Positions 22,623 through 36,276 of a stretch of DNA of 64,000 bases are shown here, one piece after another. The stretch lies in contig JANHCV010000011.1 in NCBI GenBank assembly GCA_025594325.1, positions 620,001 through 684,000 on the forward strand, written 5' to 3'. Position 1 is the first letter of the stretch. Every line of letters begins with the position of its first letter. Both the position numbers and the translations under genes were made by a program. Under the pieces are notes generated by a model. That model was given only the letters and a program-made list of their open reading frames with translations, was not told the DNA's origin and searched no databases. The stretch is from Blastocladiella emersonii ATCC 22665 (lineage: Eukaryota > Fungi > Blastocladiomycota).

Positions 22623-25600
22623 AACCTGAATGACTTCGTGCTGTTCATTCGCCGCGGCTGCACTTATAGTGCTGGAAACATTGCGCACCGTGCCATAAAA
22701 ACCGCGTGCACAAACACAACTCGCGTCTCGCTGCGCTCTTTAATCCGATTGTATTTTTTAGGTACATTGACCCAAGTATGGCTCGAAACGTCAGATTACC
22801 CAGCATGCTGTGTGTCCAACTCTTTGTGTTTACATTAGCAGAATTATCAAAGGTTTCAGGCAGGGACTTGAACTGGGACTTGGCCTGTGGTACTTTGACA
22901 CTGCATCAGCCACATGCTGCCACACCCTGCATACCTCCCATCTAGCCCCTCCCCTCCCCTTTGCCTCAGATACCCCATGTAATATCCCATGCATTTAGAA
23001 ATCACCTGATGTAACGTTGTAGTGGGTGTCAATCAAAAACCCGTTTTTTTCGGCTGCAAGGAGAGCAGGGTGTTACTGTGCAAGTGGCAGTACTTTTTAC
23101 ACCATCAACTTGCTGCATTTTTACTCCTGGCATCAATCAGGTGTGAAGATGGCGGTTTTATGTAATGAGACGGTTGTCAAGCATTCATTTTACTCAACAA
23201 AAAAATTCCCGGCGCTTAAGCTGCGTTTCTCAGCATAGGGGAGCTGACTTGCACGCAGGTGGGGCTGCAACATGCGCTGTTGCTCACGCAGCACCCTCTC
23301 AGCCCAAAAACGGTGTCTTGAGTGACACCCAATGGACCGAAAAAGCAAACCAATTGGTGGTGCTGCGCACTGCGTCACAAGCTGATTGATTAATTGGAGC
23401 ATAACACCCGTGTCATGGCACACCCGTTTCAATCCAATCTCCCTCCACTTCAACTGATGTGGACGCACAGTTTCTTGCATAGTTTGCTGCAGTGTTATCA
23501 AAAAGAAATAACGTTGTGTCACATTGCACGCACAGACTGCTCTAGGCTTGCTGTCTCCAACATGTTGAAATGTTTGAGTTTGGCATACATTGCTTGATTT
23601 CCCTGTTTGCAGAAGCTGCACTCTGTTGGTGTTTAAGGCTTAACGTGATATGTGCATGGTTTGCCAGGCGCAACCAAGGCTTGCCTGCCGCAAGAAGCAA
23701 GTTGTAGCCAACTTTGACTGAGGCCAGTTTGCAGGGTTTATAAACAAGACAATGCAGCAACACACTGCTAGTGCTTGCAGGCGTTGCCTGCACTTGACAT
23801 GCTTCCAAAAGAAGTGTTACAATCTGAGGAAAACAAAAAACACAACAACAACAAGGTACCTGGCGTTCATGTATCTAGAGGAGGCAAGGCAGCAACTTTG
23901 CAGGAAGGTAGCTTATACAGGCTACTGACGTAGCGCACAATAAAACTGCATGTAGAACCAAGTATGTTAGGTAGCTCAAGTACACATGCAACTGTGTGGC
24001 CGGCTAAGGGATGCGTTGCGCCACTCATGTGTGTGCACGCAATTGCACACGCCATGTCCATCACACCACAGGCTGAATGCCTTGCTGGGGATTGTCAGCC
24101 CATCTCTGACCTTGGGTGGGCGTTTCCACTCCTCTCCCACATGTGTATTTTGCTTGTTGCTCCTTTGCCTAAATAGATGCCTAGTTTCCTCCCTCCTGAT
24201 CTATCTCAGCGTCTTTTTCTTTTGCGCCTTCTCTCCTTCTGGTCGTTTGCACACTGTAACCAACCTCCTCCAAGCCCAATACTGTACGACTTAACTGCAA
24301 CTCAGACGAGATGGACGCAAAATCATGCACGTCATGTATAGACATTGGGGAGCCCTGTCATTGCAAGTGGGAATATCCTAATTGAGTTTATGAGTCCCGC
24401 AATGAGCAAGCTTCTGCACGCCTCAGAGCTTGCACAGGCACAGGAGCACCTTGCATTTCCATCCAGGGGCTGTTTTGGCACAGGCGTAGGATAGTAAGTA
24501 CCTTGATACAAGTGAGCATATTATGTTCTAGCGTGCAGGAAGGTGAGGGTGGCAGGAGGTGAAGGGCAACTAAACAGTTAAGACACCAAGGCTTCATTGG
24601 AAATCGCGGATCTCAAATTGTGCGGCCAGCTGCAAATTTGCACTCAATTCTTGGGCCGGGTCGGGCGAGGTTCAAAATCGCAAATTAATATTTCTGGGGA
24701 ATGCGATACATGAGTGTGATGGGGGAGGTCAAGGGGATTTCTCGCTGGTGGTCGTGGTGGTTGAAGTTGCCCTTGGAGAAAGTTGGACTTGTCACCACAA
24801 CGCTTCAGTCGATTGCGCTGTTCTCGACGGCAATAAACTGGCCGTACTGAGAGATGCAAATGATATGTTTGAGTGTTGGGGTGGTTGGGAGCCGGGTGTC
24901 GAGAAAAAAATGGAGTTCGGATTCTCAATGCTAACGCCCGGCTGGGGTGGATTCAGGAAGCTAACCTCGAAAGTCGATTCACCACAGCAGCGCGTAGGAT
25001 TTCGCATGCAAAAATATATTTCGCGTTCAGAGGAGCACGGGAACAATAGACAATGTTTGAATTCAGTTGGTCACAAAACGAGTACAGCACCCAACCCAGC
25101 GGGTAAACAGGCTTTCCCCAGGCGACAAACCTTGGTTACAAGCTGGTAAAATACCTTTACTTTGGTAGATAAACCTGGTTTCCTGGCCGGGATTGCAGTT
25201 TACAGAGGGTGAAACCCATGTTCGCCTGAAGGGGTTTGTGGCACGCACGCTGTTGCGGATTGCGCTTGCGGATCGAGCTTACTAGCTGGGCGCCTACTGG
25301 CGCGGCACGCCAAGCGGCGAAGAAGAGTTCCAATTCCTCCAACAACTGTCTGCACGTGGTCGCATACTGGCTTAATTCGTACAAGTTGACGAGAGCGAGT
25401 GAGTGAAGGACCGTTTCTGCTAGCACGAAAGTACAACAACTGCCAGCCTCTATTAAAGCTGGTGAGCCCTGGTACTGGGCGTGCTCACAAGTAAGTCCGC
25501 GCTTTGGAGAGCGCGCGCGGGATGGTCGCTCAACCAATGAAGAACGTCCACGACGCAGAACCGGTACGCTGTAAATTCCTCCAGACTTGAATGAGGTGCA

Positions 25601-26265
25601 TGCGATCCAGTCGGTGCGATTGAGCGTTTGAAACGCATTGAAGGCCACTTCAGAGAGCTGCGAAGGGTGCTATTTCTTTGCTTGAACACATGGTCGCGGA
25701 ACGGCCATACTCAAGCTGCTTCTGACGCTAGTAACATGTAACACCGCGTGATCGAGCTTCACTATCTGCCACGCGACGCTTTTAGAATTGAAACGCGACG
25801 TGAACATTTCCAGCTTCATGGTAGAGTCATGGATCAGTAGGCGACATTCTGTTCGTCACTCAAGGGCGGGTCTCCAACTTGGCGAGCGGTCCTATCAACT
25901 AGATGAAGCTGCCGGCGGTCAAATCAAAAGCGGACATGACTTCTGATGCGCTGGGAGCGACAGGCGCGGCTCGTCAGCGGCTGGTGGTGCCTGTGTTACG
26001 GGTTTGGCGCGGCGCTCGAATCGCGCAACAAGACGTAAACTTAGCGCAAATAGGAAGGATTCTATGGGTTAACCCATAGCCGACCGGGGTTTGGCACACC
26101 AGCGTCCCCGGACTTAGCTTCTTGAAACAGGCGCCGCCGCACCGCACAAAACTCACCTAAGCCTCGCCCCGATTATTTTTCACCTCGCTGTCGCTCACCG
26201 CTGTTCCTCCCTCCCCACCAAAAATGTGGACGCCCAATAACATTCATTGCGCTGTCCGCAATCCA

Positions 26266-27289
26266 CTACAACATCTCACGATCATCAACTGCCATGAAGA
26301 TTTCCTTGGGACCAGTGTGGCGGGACAAAGCGTATCGATTCGTCGTCTCCTTGCACATGATCTGCGGGGACGAGTCGCCGTCGTGACCCTTGTAGCTGAT
26401 GATCGTGAGGAAGACCACGGACGGCTTGATTGAGTTGGAGTTCTCGGCGGGCGTGGCCGTGGGGAGCGGCGTCTTGCCCACATACGGCTAGTGACGGCGA
26501 CCTTGGGGGCGGGGAGCGCATGTTCTTGTGCGCGGGCCGTTGCCTTGGCGTACCGTCGAGGGCATTGGCTTGATGAGGCGGTTGATGAAGCTGAGGACGC
26601 CGTCGCCGACCTCGAATGTGAGCTTGCACACGCCGCCACCTGGGTCTATCTCTCAATCGCCGTCTTGCCGGCCTTCGTCGCGCGGCTCGGCCGACAGCGT
26701 GGGCCCTGTGTAGATCAGCTCGCGTCAGTGCATGTCGCGCGGGCCCAGTGTAGTGAGCTGACGCACCGTGTTCTTCTTCGTCGTCTGAACCAGCCATGTT
26801 GGCCATGTCGCGGACGTCGCCGTCGTCAAAACCCGCCGCACCGTTCTGCGAGAAGGGTGCGCCGGCGGCGCTAGCACCAGGACCTTCATCAGCAACGGCC
26901 GCGTCAGGCGGTCCAGACTGCGCGCGCGCGGCGGTGGCCCGGTGCTCCCTGCGGGCCTTGAGGTCGGCGGCCTGGCCTCTTTCTCGTCGTCGTCGCTGCC
27001 AGATCTCTCCTCGCCGTCGCTATAGGGATCAGAGTCCGACGGCGAGACGGGGCGAGCAGGAGCAGGTTGGATGGCGAGAGCCACGGCCGCCGATGACGAA
27101 GGTGCATGCGAGTCGACGCAGCGACACTTGCCCAGCGCAGGTGGCGGGTCCAATGGCGTAGACGGTGGCGAGGCGAGTGGCGACGGTGTCGCGGGGACGC
27201 GAGGAGCAGCGAGGTGGGATGGCAGCGGGTCCCGCGCGAGCGCGTGCTCACGGGCCCCAGCTTGGCGTAGGCCGTCTTGTTGATAACAT
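26266..27289 (-). pseudogene. Decayed GC-rich coding sequence of unknown family
   Basis: C-ending codon bias along one frame (ELIYTGPTL...KLTFEVGDGVLSFINRLIKP...VFLTIISYKGHDGDSSPQIMCKET), broken by in-frame stops. The upstream boundary is uncertain. Confidence 0.4.
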
Positions 27290-28375
27290 GATATGTTGTT
27301 GATGGTGGTTGAGGTCGTTCTTTGCAAGAAGGGTGGGGAAGTGGAGGGTGAGACGGCGGCGAGGCCGCTCGGCGGACAGCGGGCTGGGTGGCGGGGCGGG
27401 GACGGCTGGGGACACCGCTGTCCAACCCCAATTTCAGCGGGTCCGATCGGGTTTTCAGCGGTTTTCTCGCTCCCCCCGCAGGCCACAAACACAGTCTCAA
27501 GCTTATCGGATAGGGCGCAACGAGGCGCATACGTGGGTGCCAGTCGCGTCGCGATGTCTCGCACCTGGCTGGAGAACGGGGCGATCTTGGCTCCGAAACG
27601 CGTGGACCCGAGCTTCCCACGACTCCCACGCCCTCAGTTTTCAACTCCACATCTTTTAACTTCACACAGTGGTGGCAGTCTACGCATAGTGCGTCCACGA
27701 AAAGTTTGAACCGGATTCATGCAAAGGTGTTGTCAGGGCGGGCGCTCGTGCGAAGTTCATAACTTTGGCGGCGCCTCCCAGCTCAGCCGTTAGGCGGTGC
27801 GCCACGCTAAAAATCTCGGGCCCTAACAGTATCGATAGCTACAATTTTGCTGAGCAAAGTTTTGAGAGTGTAGAGTAAAAAGTGGTGGAGATATGAGGGG
27901 GTGGGGTGAGGGACACCAGTGTGCCATGGTCGTCTATGGGTTAAATACATTGCATCAAGTGGTATCTGCAGCATGCTTAAAATATGCCCAAAAGGTGGAG
28001 GGAGCAACTGAGTGAGCTGTGGCAGGCGTGTGAACTCCATCGTCCGACGCCACTGCAGGGTCACGTTCGCCACGTCCGTTCACGCTTGGCTTGCGAGCTC
28101 GTTCAGGCAGAAGGTCCCCTTCATACCGCAATGAATGATCTTTGTGGCTCGCTTGAGAACCTCGCGTGAGCTGCGGTATGATCCTGCCGCTGCGATGTGC
28201 TTACAACTGTCATGACAAGGGGCTCGTCGCTTCCAAAGCCTAAGCAATATATAAGCGTTGATCGACTCGAGAACGAAGGGGGTGACCGCGCCGCCGCGTC
28301 ACAACCCGGAACGCGCCGTTCTTGATCAGTTCCTCCCTCCTCCCCTCGCGGTCCCACCTTTAGGTGCAGCTTGTC

Positions 28376-28376
<1 letters not shown>

Positions 28377-28421
<45 letters not shown>
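28377..28421. repeat. Poly(T)45 tract
   Basis: Uninterrupted homopolymer; the mirror copy is A46. Confidence 0.95.
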
Positions 28422-28424
<3 letters not shown>

Positions 28425-30838
28425 GCGCGTTTCAAGGCTAGCGAAACTGAGCGAGAGTCGTGGCACGGCGGGTAGCAAGACGGGCTGCGAGACGCGTTGC
28501 AAAAACACGTTGCAAAAACACGTGTGCAGTCACCCGCACGTAACACAGCTTGGCGTGGACTTTGCCGCGATCGCGCGTTGGGCGAGCGAGTGACTCTTCG
28601 CCGCGCCGCGGTCGGTCCATGCTCCCTCACTCATCACCACTCACAGCAATGTATCACCCGACCGCCAACAAAACACACTACAATCTCGACGCATGACCGT
28701 CGCGTTGCGCTCCCATGGCGGTGCGCCTGGCGCGATGCCCTTCACACTCTGCTCTGGCCCGCTGTCAACGCACCGTGAGACCAGCGGCGTTGTTGCCGCC
28801 ACACGTGCGCGCCGCCATGCGCGTGCTCCGCCGCGCTCATTCTTTGGGTGCGGCACAGCGCAGCGCGGGGGGACCCCACCGGGCTACCAGCCGCGTGCAC
28901 GCTCGTCAAAGGTGCTGACACCTGTGCGGTGCCCATGTAGCCGCTGGCACGCGTCCACCACCAGGGACTCAGCATTTGGCGACTCATGGACCTGAGACCG
29001 TCAAGTCAGCCTTGCGCGCAATGGTACGCCGTCACCGCCACACCATCTCTGTGTGCCGTATGTGCTCGCGCCACGCGCTCGCGCCAGTAGCGCCAACGAC
29101 GGGCTCGCTCAAGTTATTCGACTGCGGCCACCACGTGGGCCAAGTCCCAGTCGCAGGTACGCTCGACACTTCTTGTTGCTGCGCAAGAGTTGGCGCGCGT
29201 CTGACATGCTCGCTCGCATTGCTCCTGTTAGCCCCTCGTGAGCCACTGGTCTCTTGCTACACTATTGACCCACCGCCTCTCAACGGGTCAACAACTGGCG
29301 CGCAGCATCTGCAAGCTGTAGGGTGCCAATTTTCAAGACGACGCAGTACGCCCTCCTCACCCGCCGCTTGAGGCGCAGCGCGACTCACATGAGCTTTCGG
29401 ACCTTTCTTGCTTGTAGCAGCGATCTCTGACCACCATCGCGCCCGCCCAGTTTCTTTACTTGGCGTCGTGCCACGACCTGGCCGCGGATCGCATCAAGCG
29501 CGGCCGCGCGCGCTGTTTGGGCCGGTCACAGGGGGCGGCTCCAAGGGCGGAGACCTGGTGCTGGCGACGGCGTCCGCGGTCCGCTCGGGTACCTGCTTGT
29601 TGTGCATTGTCATTGCACACGGGCCAGGATTCTGACTCGCACGCCGCGCGACCCGCGGCGTCGGCGCCCTGACCTGTATCTGATATCTGAGATCCCTCCG
29701 CACGCAATACACTCGCAAATTAGCACCAAAACGCAGTCCCCATCTTGAGAATATCCCATCAATTCGTGCGCCAACCGGGTCACTCGTCTCACAAATTGGC
29801 CATCAAGTCTGGCATCAAGTCGCAGCAGATTGAACGGCAATTCGTTGCAAATTTGCTGTCCTAGCCGACCCGCGGGCCGCCACTCAATTTGATACAAATT
29901 TGCTCAGGTTTAAAATTTACCTCCAAACCGTGTAAATTGGCCGCAAATTCGCAAGGCCCGGATTTCTGATGTTGGACTAATCAATCACCTGCCCAGCTCC
30001 AGGATGGGGGTCAGACGAAAAAAAAAATAAAAAAAAAATTCCAACAGAGCCAGAAAACATGTGGCTGAACCGTCTGACCTCCATGGACCAGCCAGACCCT
30101 TGGGAGAAAGGGAGGCAGATATCTATTAATGCAAAGAAGCAACCAGTAAATCACGATTAAAAAGTCACCCAAGTTGGAAGAAGGGTCTCTCATGCAAGTC
30201 ACTAACGTAATGCACAATCAAGCTGTATAGAGCGATCCAAACTTGTGTTGGTACTGCTGAAACAAATTGTGCATTTCAGGAGCGGGAGGAGCGGCTGATG
30301 CTGTGCATAGATGACTGGGGCAGCAAGCAAGCAGGGAGAGAGCAGTGGGAGACAAAAGGCCAAACCACACGTCAGGGATCATGGGCCATGCAGTGCGTTT
30401 TGGTCAGGTGATGCTGCATGAGACTGGCAGATGTCATGCATCACACGCTGCACCGCCAATCTGTCAACTGCATACCCAAGGTGATCAGTGAGTGAGTAGA
30501 CAAGCTCCAGTGAGATAGTTGGTCTGCAACCTGTTGGGAATGCTAGGGGCAGTTGTGCATCTTGTGAGTGGCTGAAACGTGTCTTGTGGCCAGGCACATA
30601 GTTGCGTGCGCACTTGAACTCGAGGCGTTTTAGGTGGCTTAGAAAGGAGATATAGTTAAAAAATCGAGTCCAAAGCGCAGAGCTTGGCTGAAAGACAAAT
30701 TGGCGGGCATGGAACCTAAACTCCCAAGGCACTCACCTTCCAACCTCTTTCATGTGTAAATCTTTATTGAAGGGGAAAAAAAAACTATTCTTGTGGGCAA
30801 ATATAGTATTAATGAGGGCCAGAATCAGCAAAATAAAA

Positions 30839-30910
30839 AGGGGCCGCCGAGGATTGATCTCGGGACCTGTCGATCTGCAGTCGACCGCTCTACCGCTGAG
30901 CTACAACCCC
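30839..30910 (-). tRNA. tRNA-Cys (GCA)
   Basis: 72-nt cloverleaf; anticodon arm GTCGA CT GCA GA TCGAC; U73 discriminator; oligo-T terminator. Confidence 0.92.
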
Positions 30911-32221
30911 AGGTTTTTGTTGTTCACACTATACCTGCGCCGCGAGACAATATAATGATTTGAGACCAGTGTGATAGCCATTTTCAACATTTGCTTGCAA
31001 AGATGCATGAAAGTGTAGCATTTTCTTCACGGAGGTTTTTCTCCATCCTTTGAGCGGCCAGCCCACAAAAAAGGAAACATCCTTTCACTTTCACTTTTAT
31101 TGTTACGCTTGACTAACTTCAGTGAACCGGCTACACAGTCTCCCACCAGCTTTTGCCCAAACACACAAACAAAAAACTCTCAAACACCTCACAGAAGATT
31201 CCTGGCGCTCTTGTGGTTATCGCTGAGATTCTTTCACTTTATTTATACTTACATTTATACTTTTGCAGCAATGTGGGAGGGGGGGGGCTTGGGAGCAGCC
31301 CAACACCCCCCCCCCCAAAAAAAGTCACCTGCCGACTTAAAGCACTAAGATTTATTGCACAAATTTCAGCAACCCTACACACTTCAGGTTTAATTGTTTG
31401 CTATCAGGACAAATATTCACCACTTCTATTTTTTCACGCCCAACCTAAGTCGCACACGTTGACTTGCAAGCCAAGGAAGAAAGCATTGTGCTTGTTGGTT
31501 TTTGCCTGCTGCAACAAGCAAAGTGAGGCGTGAGTAGCCCAGCCCTATCCACTCATTAAAAAATTGCAGCAGCCATACTGGCAAGGGCTAGATGCCAACT
31601 GTGTGTTGCCAACCTCACGTGGTGACATACAATACAGATAGTACTTACTCCTTTGCCCCATTGCACAACTGCTGACTGGGACAGTACTTCAGCCCTTGAT
31701 CAGGCTGGGCTTTTATCAAACGTACTGTTACAAAACGTTCAGTAGATCAATGTTTAAGGGGAAAAAAAGGAGAAGGAAATACGTAAGAGGCACATTCACG
31801 TTTCTGGGGCCAATTTGGCCCACTATGAGCCTATTTGTGTGCTGCTTTTGGCTCTTTGGGGCAGGTTTGGTGACCACGAACACAATCTACTAGCTGGTTG
31901 ACTGTCCATATTTAATCTGCCCCTGCAACATCCCAGTGCGTGCTGACCATTTTTCAAGCTGGGCGTGTAGCTCATAACATTGAGCGTGGCAACAACCACA
32001 CACATGTAAGTTTAAGCTTAACCTGCTAGTCACCAAGAGCAACCATGGGAGACCCAAGCCATTTTTTTGACTTTGTCAGTTGAACAGAAATAGGGTGTTG
32101 CGGAATTATTGAGGAGCATCACCTCCCAAGCAGCCTAAATTTGACATGATTCAAGCTGAAAAGAACTGGTTTGTGTGGAGGGTTAAAAATCAAACATTTA
32201 TGAAAAAATGGAGTCTCTTAT

Positions 32222-32415
32222 TCATCTCTTACTCAAAGGAGCTCGGTTTTGATTGATTGCTCATACAACGGTGTATCGCAGTGCATTGCTGTGAGCGGCG
32301 AGCCAGGAAATATAACTCCGCCTTTTCCCCACTCGTGCATTCAAGCCACGTGGCTCATCTTGGGCCCGCGCGTTGGTCACTCCATGTGTGCAAGGCAGAT
32401 GTCCCGCTCTTGCCT
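32222..32415 (-). mobile_element. Second, diverged copy of the LINE RNase H fragment
   Basis: Aligns by eye with 19601-19793, with scattered substitutions and small indels. Confidence 0.7.
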
Positions 32416-35400
32416 CAAGCACAGCACATCGACCCACCGTTTCTTTCACAGGTGCGCGCGCGCGCAGCTAGAGGAGTGATGCAACACATTGGAGCTCATC
32501 TATTCCGAGGACTTGCCTGCACAATCACAGATCGACCTTCCACCCCCGGACCACGGCAGCCCGCCTGACCGGCCGACCGCGCGCCCATTCGGGCACCCCG
32601 CCACCATGCAGGCACCCCACCCGGCCAAACCTCGGCCCAACATACAGCGCATGCACCCTCCCCGCTGCCGCCGCCGCCTGCGCGCAGGCACCCCGCCCCG
32701 ACAGTCGCCCCAACGCCGCTGCCATCAGATAGGCGCACGCGCGGGATCTTGAGTTCGCCCTTGGGTCGCAGTCAGCGAGGTGAGCATGAGCAGGCCGACG
32801 AGCGCGACGAGACTATGGTGAGGCGGGCGAGGGGGACGGTCAGGACCAGGGTCAGGACGGCGTCGCGTGCGTCGGAGCAAGGAGGAGAGCGTACCGAGCG
32901 TTGTCGTGGACGGGCGTGGCGGGCATGGCGAGCCCGAGGTTGATTGGCGTGGTCTGTGGGACGAGCGAGACGAGCGCGCGTCAGCGTCGTGCCATGACGA
33001 GGTGCGGGAGGAGGGGAGCGTACCGATCGCGTTGGCGAGCGAGCCAACGGCCGCGAAGTGATCTAGCGGGCGAAGCGCGTGAGGGACAGCGTTAGCGCGC
33101 GGTCCCCGTGCAGCACAGCGGAGGCGAATGGTGACGTACAGACGCTGTGAGATGCTCGCGCGGCGAGCGCGACGGTGCGACGCGAGCTAGCCTGATCAGG
33201 AACGCCTACAGGACGGTTGAGCGCGTGGTCAGCGAACCTGCGCGGGCGGTGCAGCTCACGGGCCGCGATCGAGGGCACGGCCGCAGGCTTGAGCGTATCA
33301 TACATTGTGGTGAGGGCGAGGGATATTGATGGAGAGCAGGGCCGAGGGCGGCGAGCGAGCGGGGCTTTATAGGCGCGGTCGGTGGTCGGCGGGGGGTTGG
33401 CGCGGGGTCGGCAGGGCCGCGCCGCTCGCTTGCGCGCGCCGACGACCCGACCTTGCTTGCTCGTCACCCCTCCCTCCCGGGCCGTTCGCTCTCCACACGC
33501 CATCTGGCACTCTATGAAGCATACACATGGAAGGCTACACGCTCAGGGTTGCCGCTGACCGTGCCGTGGCCACGGGGGCCGCCCGCCCGTCAGCAAGAAC
33601 GCCGCGTCCGCCGCCGCTGCACAGCTCGCCCGGCGCGCTACTCGCGGGTGTGGGCATGGTGACCGCACGCTCCAGCAGCCCACGCGTTCGTTACCTCACG
33701 TTCCAACGGCCGAGGCGTCGTTCGGGGCCGGCGCACGGCGCGCTTGCGCGGAACCTGCGCAACTCTGGCGCGGCTGCGGCCACTGTAGCCGGCGCCGTTG
33801 TGCCTCCGTGTGCGTGCCTTCATCGCTCTTCTTTGACGCTTGCGCGCGCTGTCATACGGTGCCGCACCGTCGTTCTGCTCTCCAGTGACCGTCGCCTCGC
33901 CCCGCGGCCATGGACTCCGCTCACACGCGCCAGCTTGGCCGCCAGCACTCGTTGCGCGGCAAGGAACAGTCCCAACTCGTCCGCTCGGCGCATGCGTCCC
34001 GAACCACGCTCACGTTTGCGCTCGCGCCCGCACCACGCGCGCGTCCGCGTTCACGCAGCGGGCCCGATCCTGACGTGCGCCGGCGCGGCAGGTGCAGGCG
34101 AGGCCATCGCCCATGACGGGGAGCGACCCCAATCGCTGATGTTGCTGGTTTATGACGTCCGTCGCGCGGCGACCTTGCGATACGCGCCCGCGTCGCCCGC
34201 TTCGCCAACACCAGCGCGCAACCCGCGCGGCGAACTAGGACAGTCAACGGGCACTTCCTCAACGGTGCTCTTGATCCGGTTGTCGTGCCCCCATCGCTGC
34301 ACGCGCGGGAGGACGCAGCAGCGATCCTCGCGTCGCGTTTCGCGCGAGCGCCGTTGCTGATCTGGCCCCCGCGCCGCTCAGCTCATGCAGCAGGCTACCG
34401 CTGCTGTGTCTAGCAGTGCGAGCAGCATCTCATCCACGACAGACCAAAGTGTATTGAGCGCGAGCGACTTGGGCAGCGTCGCGAGTTGGCCGTGGTCGCG
34501 CGGCGGCTGCCCCGCCGAAGCGCAAGTCTGAGGCGGGCGCAGCTCATCGTGACTCAGCAAGCGCGCGCGAGCGGCAGATCCCGTCGAGTGATCCGCTCGG
34601 CGGCGGCCGCGCGGCGGGCGGAGGGCGCTCGCCCTGCGGTGCGGTGAGCGGAAGCAGGCGCGGCGTGAAAAACGCGCGCCCCGCGTGAAAGTCGGAGCCC
34701 TCACCAGCCACGCGCCAGCCAAAAGAAAACGGGCCTCGACGCGCTGTGAAGTGGCGAACCAGCACAAAGCATGCCGTCCCTTGCCCGCCCTCTTGCTCTC
34801 TCCTAGAACCAGTTGAAGCTTGGCGGACTCTCATGTAACTCTTGGAAACAACAGTGGAAGTTGCTGCACTGCGCGCCGTAGACTGTGGCTAGCTGGTGGG
34901 ACCACGTCTGGGACTGCACCAACTCATGCAGATCCCGCGCCCCGTTGCTGCTTGCAGACCCGCTGTTTTGCTGCATGGTGCTGCCAAGTTGGACTGCGCC
35001 AGGGATCATCCCACGCGCTCACGTCCTGCACACTCAGGGCTCAGTTCAACAGGTCAGGACCCTGTAGATTTCAATGGCCGCACAGCGACAGGGGAGGGGG
35101 TCCATGGGGAGGGAGACCCTGCCCTTTGGCCCTCAGAGAAAAATCAGGTTGCCGTGTTGTAGGAAGGGCTTGCTGGGCTGATATCAATGCAATCCGGGGC
35201 CGTGTGCACGTTGTGCAAACTGAACGGCGAAAACGTTTTTATGCTCAATGTGGCGGATGCTCTCATGGGTGACACAGACAAGTGCAAGACACACTCACCG
35301 TTGGGCGGAAAGGTGGTGTCTGAGATCACGCAGAATCTCTATTGCTGTTTTATGCGCGGTTTTGGAGCATATAGTGTTTAGGAAGGCGTTGCGCGATGCG

Positions 35401-35910
35401 AATCACGTAGAAAATGTGTCATGCAAACACAGACTCCGCTGTTGGGCAGTGCGTGTGGCGAGGAATAGAGAGTTTTATGCTTTTGGCTTCGAGGAGTGTT
35501 TTCACAGGCGGCCTGCGGCCAGCCACGGAGCTGCCAATACACATGATGAGACGCAAACTTAAAAAAAGCGTCACACAAACACACACAGGGCATGTGATGG
35601 GGAATTGAAATCTCAAGAGTTTGGGTTCACAAAGCGTTTCCATGCTGCCTGCATCTGGAGATATCCATCTATACTTGATCAGGTATGACACAATTTTTTC
35701 TCAGGTCCAAACAGCTGGTTCCCTCTAACACAGGGGATGGGAACCCCTCACAATTCTCAAAGCCATCAGCAGTTGAATCTCAAATTGATAATCAAAAGTA
35801 AGCCCCGCTCGCCCACATACACGCGGACAAAAAGAAAAAAATATATATAAGAAAAATAGATAGACACGATGGGAAGAAAGAAAAAAAAAGCCCTTGATAG
35901 GCTTCAAAAA

Positions 35911-35982
35911 AGGGGCCGCCGAGGATTGATCTCGGGACCTGTCGATCTGCAGTCGACCGCTCTACCGCTGAGCTACAACCCC
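35911..35982 (-). tRNA. tRNA-Cys (GCA)
   Basis: Identical body to the 30839 copy; the two share ~25 nt of 5' flank. Confidence 0.92.
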
Positions 35983-36204
35983 AGGTTTTTGTTGTTCACA
36001 CTATACCAGCGCCGCAAACCATTATATTTGGCGAAGCATTTGAGCAGCAACTCGCGTAAGGCTGCAAGGAACACCAAATTCAATACGTTTGCTGAGGCGC
36101 ACTGATCCTTCCTTTGCGCTGCACGTTTCTGGGCATTTTCGATGTCATCACCATGCCGTAAATGTGGATGTGGCCAAAGTGCCTTGAAATGGAAAAAGAA
36201 AGAC

Positions 36205-36276
36205 TGCCGCCTGGGAGGATCGAACACCCGGCCTTTGCTTTACGAGAGCAACGCTCTGCCACTGAGCTAAGGCGGC
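36205..36276 (-). tRNA. tRNA-Thr (CGT)
   Basis: GCCGCCT/AGGCGGC acceptor stem; anticodon arm TTGCT CT CGT AA AGCAA; B-box GTTCGATCC. Confidence 0.92.

Noticed and set aside
24600-29966. Weak inverted similarity (GAAATC...AATT(G)TGCGGCCA) that might be old TIRs
   Set aside because: Too degenerate, and no TSD is visible.
34880-34925. WWDHVWDC resembling a LINE zinc-knuckle end
   Set aside because: An isolated motif without supporting upstream cysteines or neighbouring domains.
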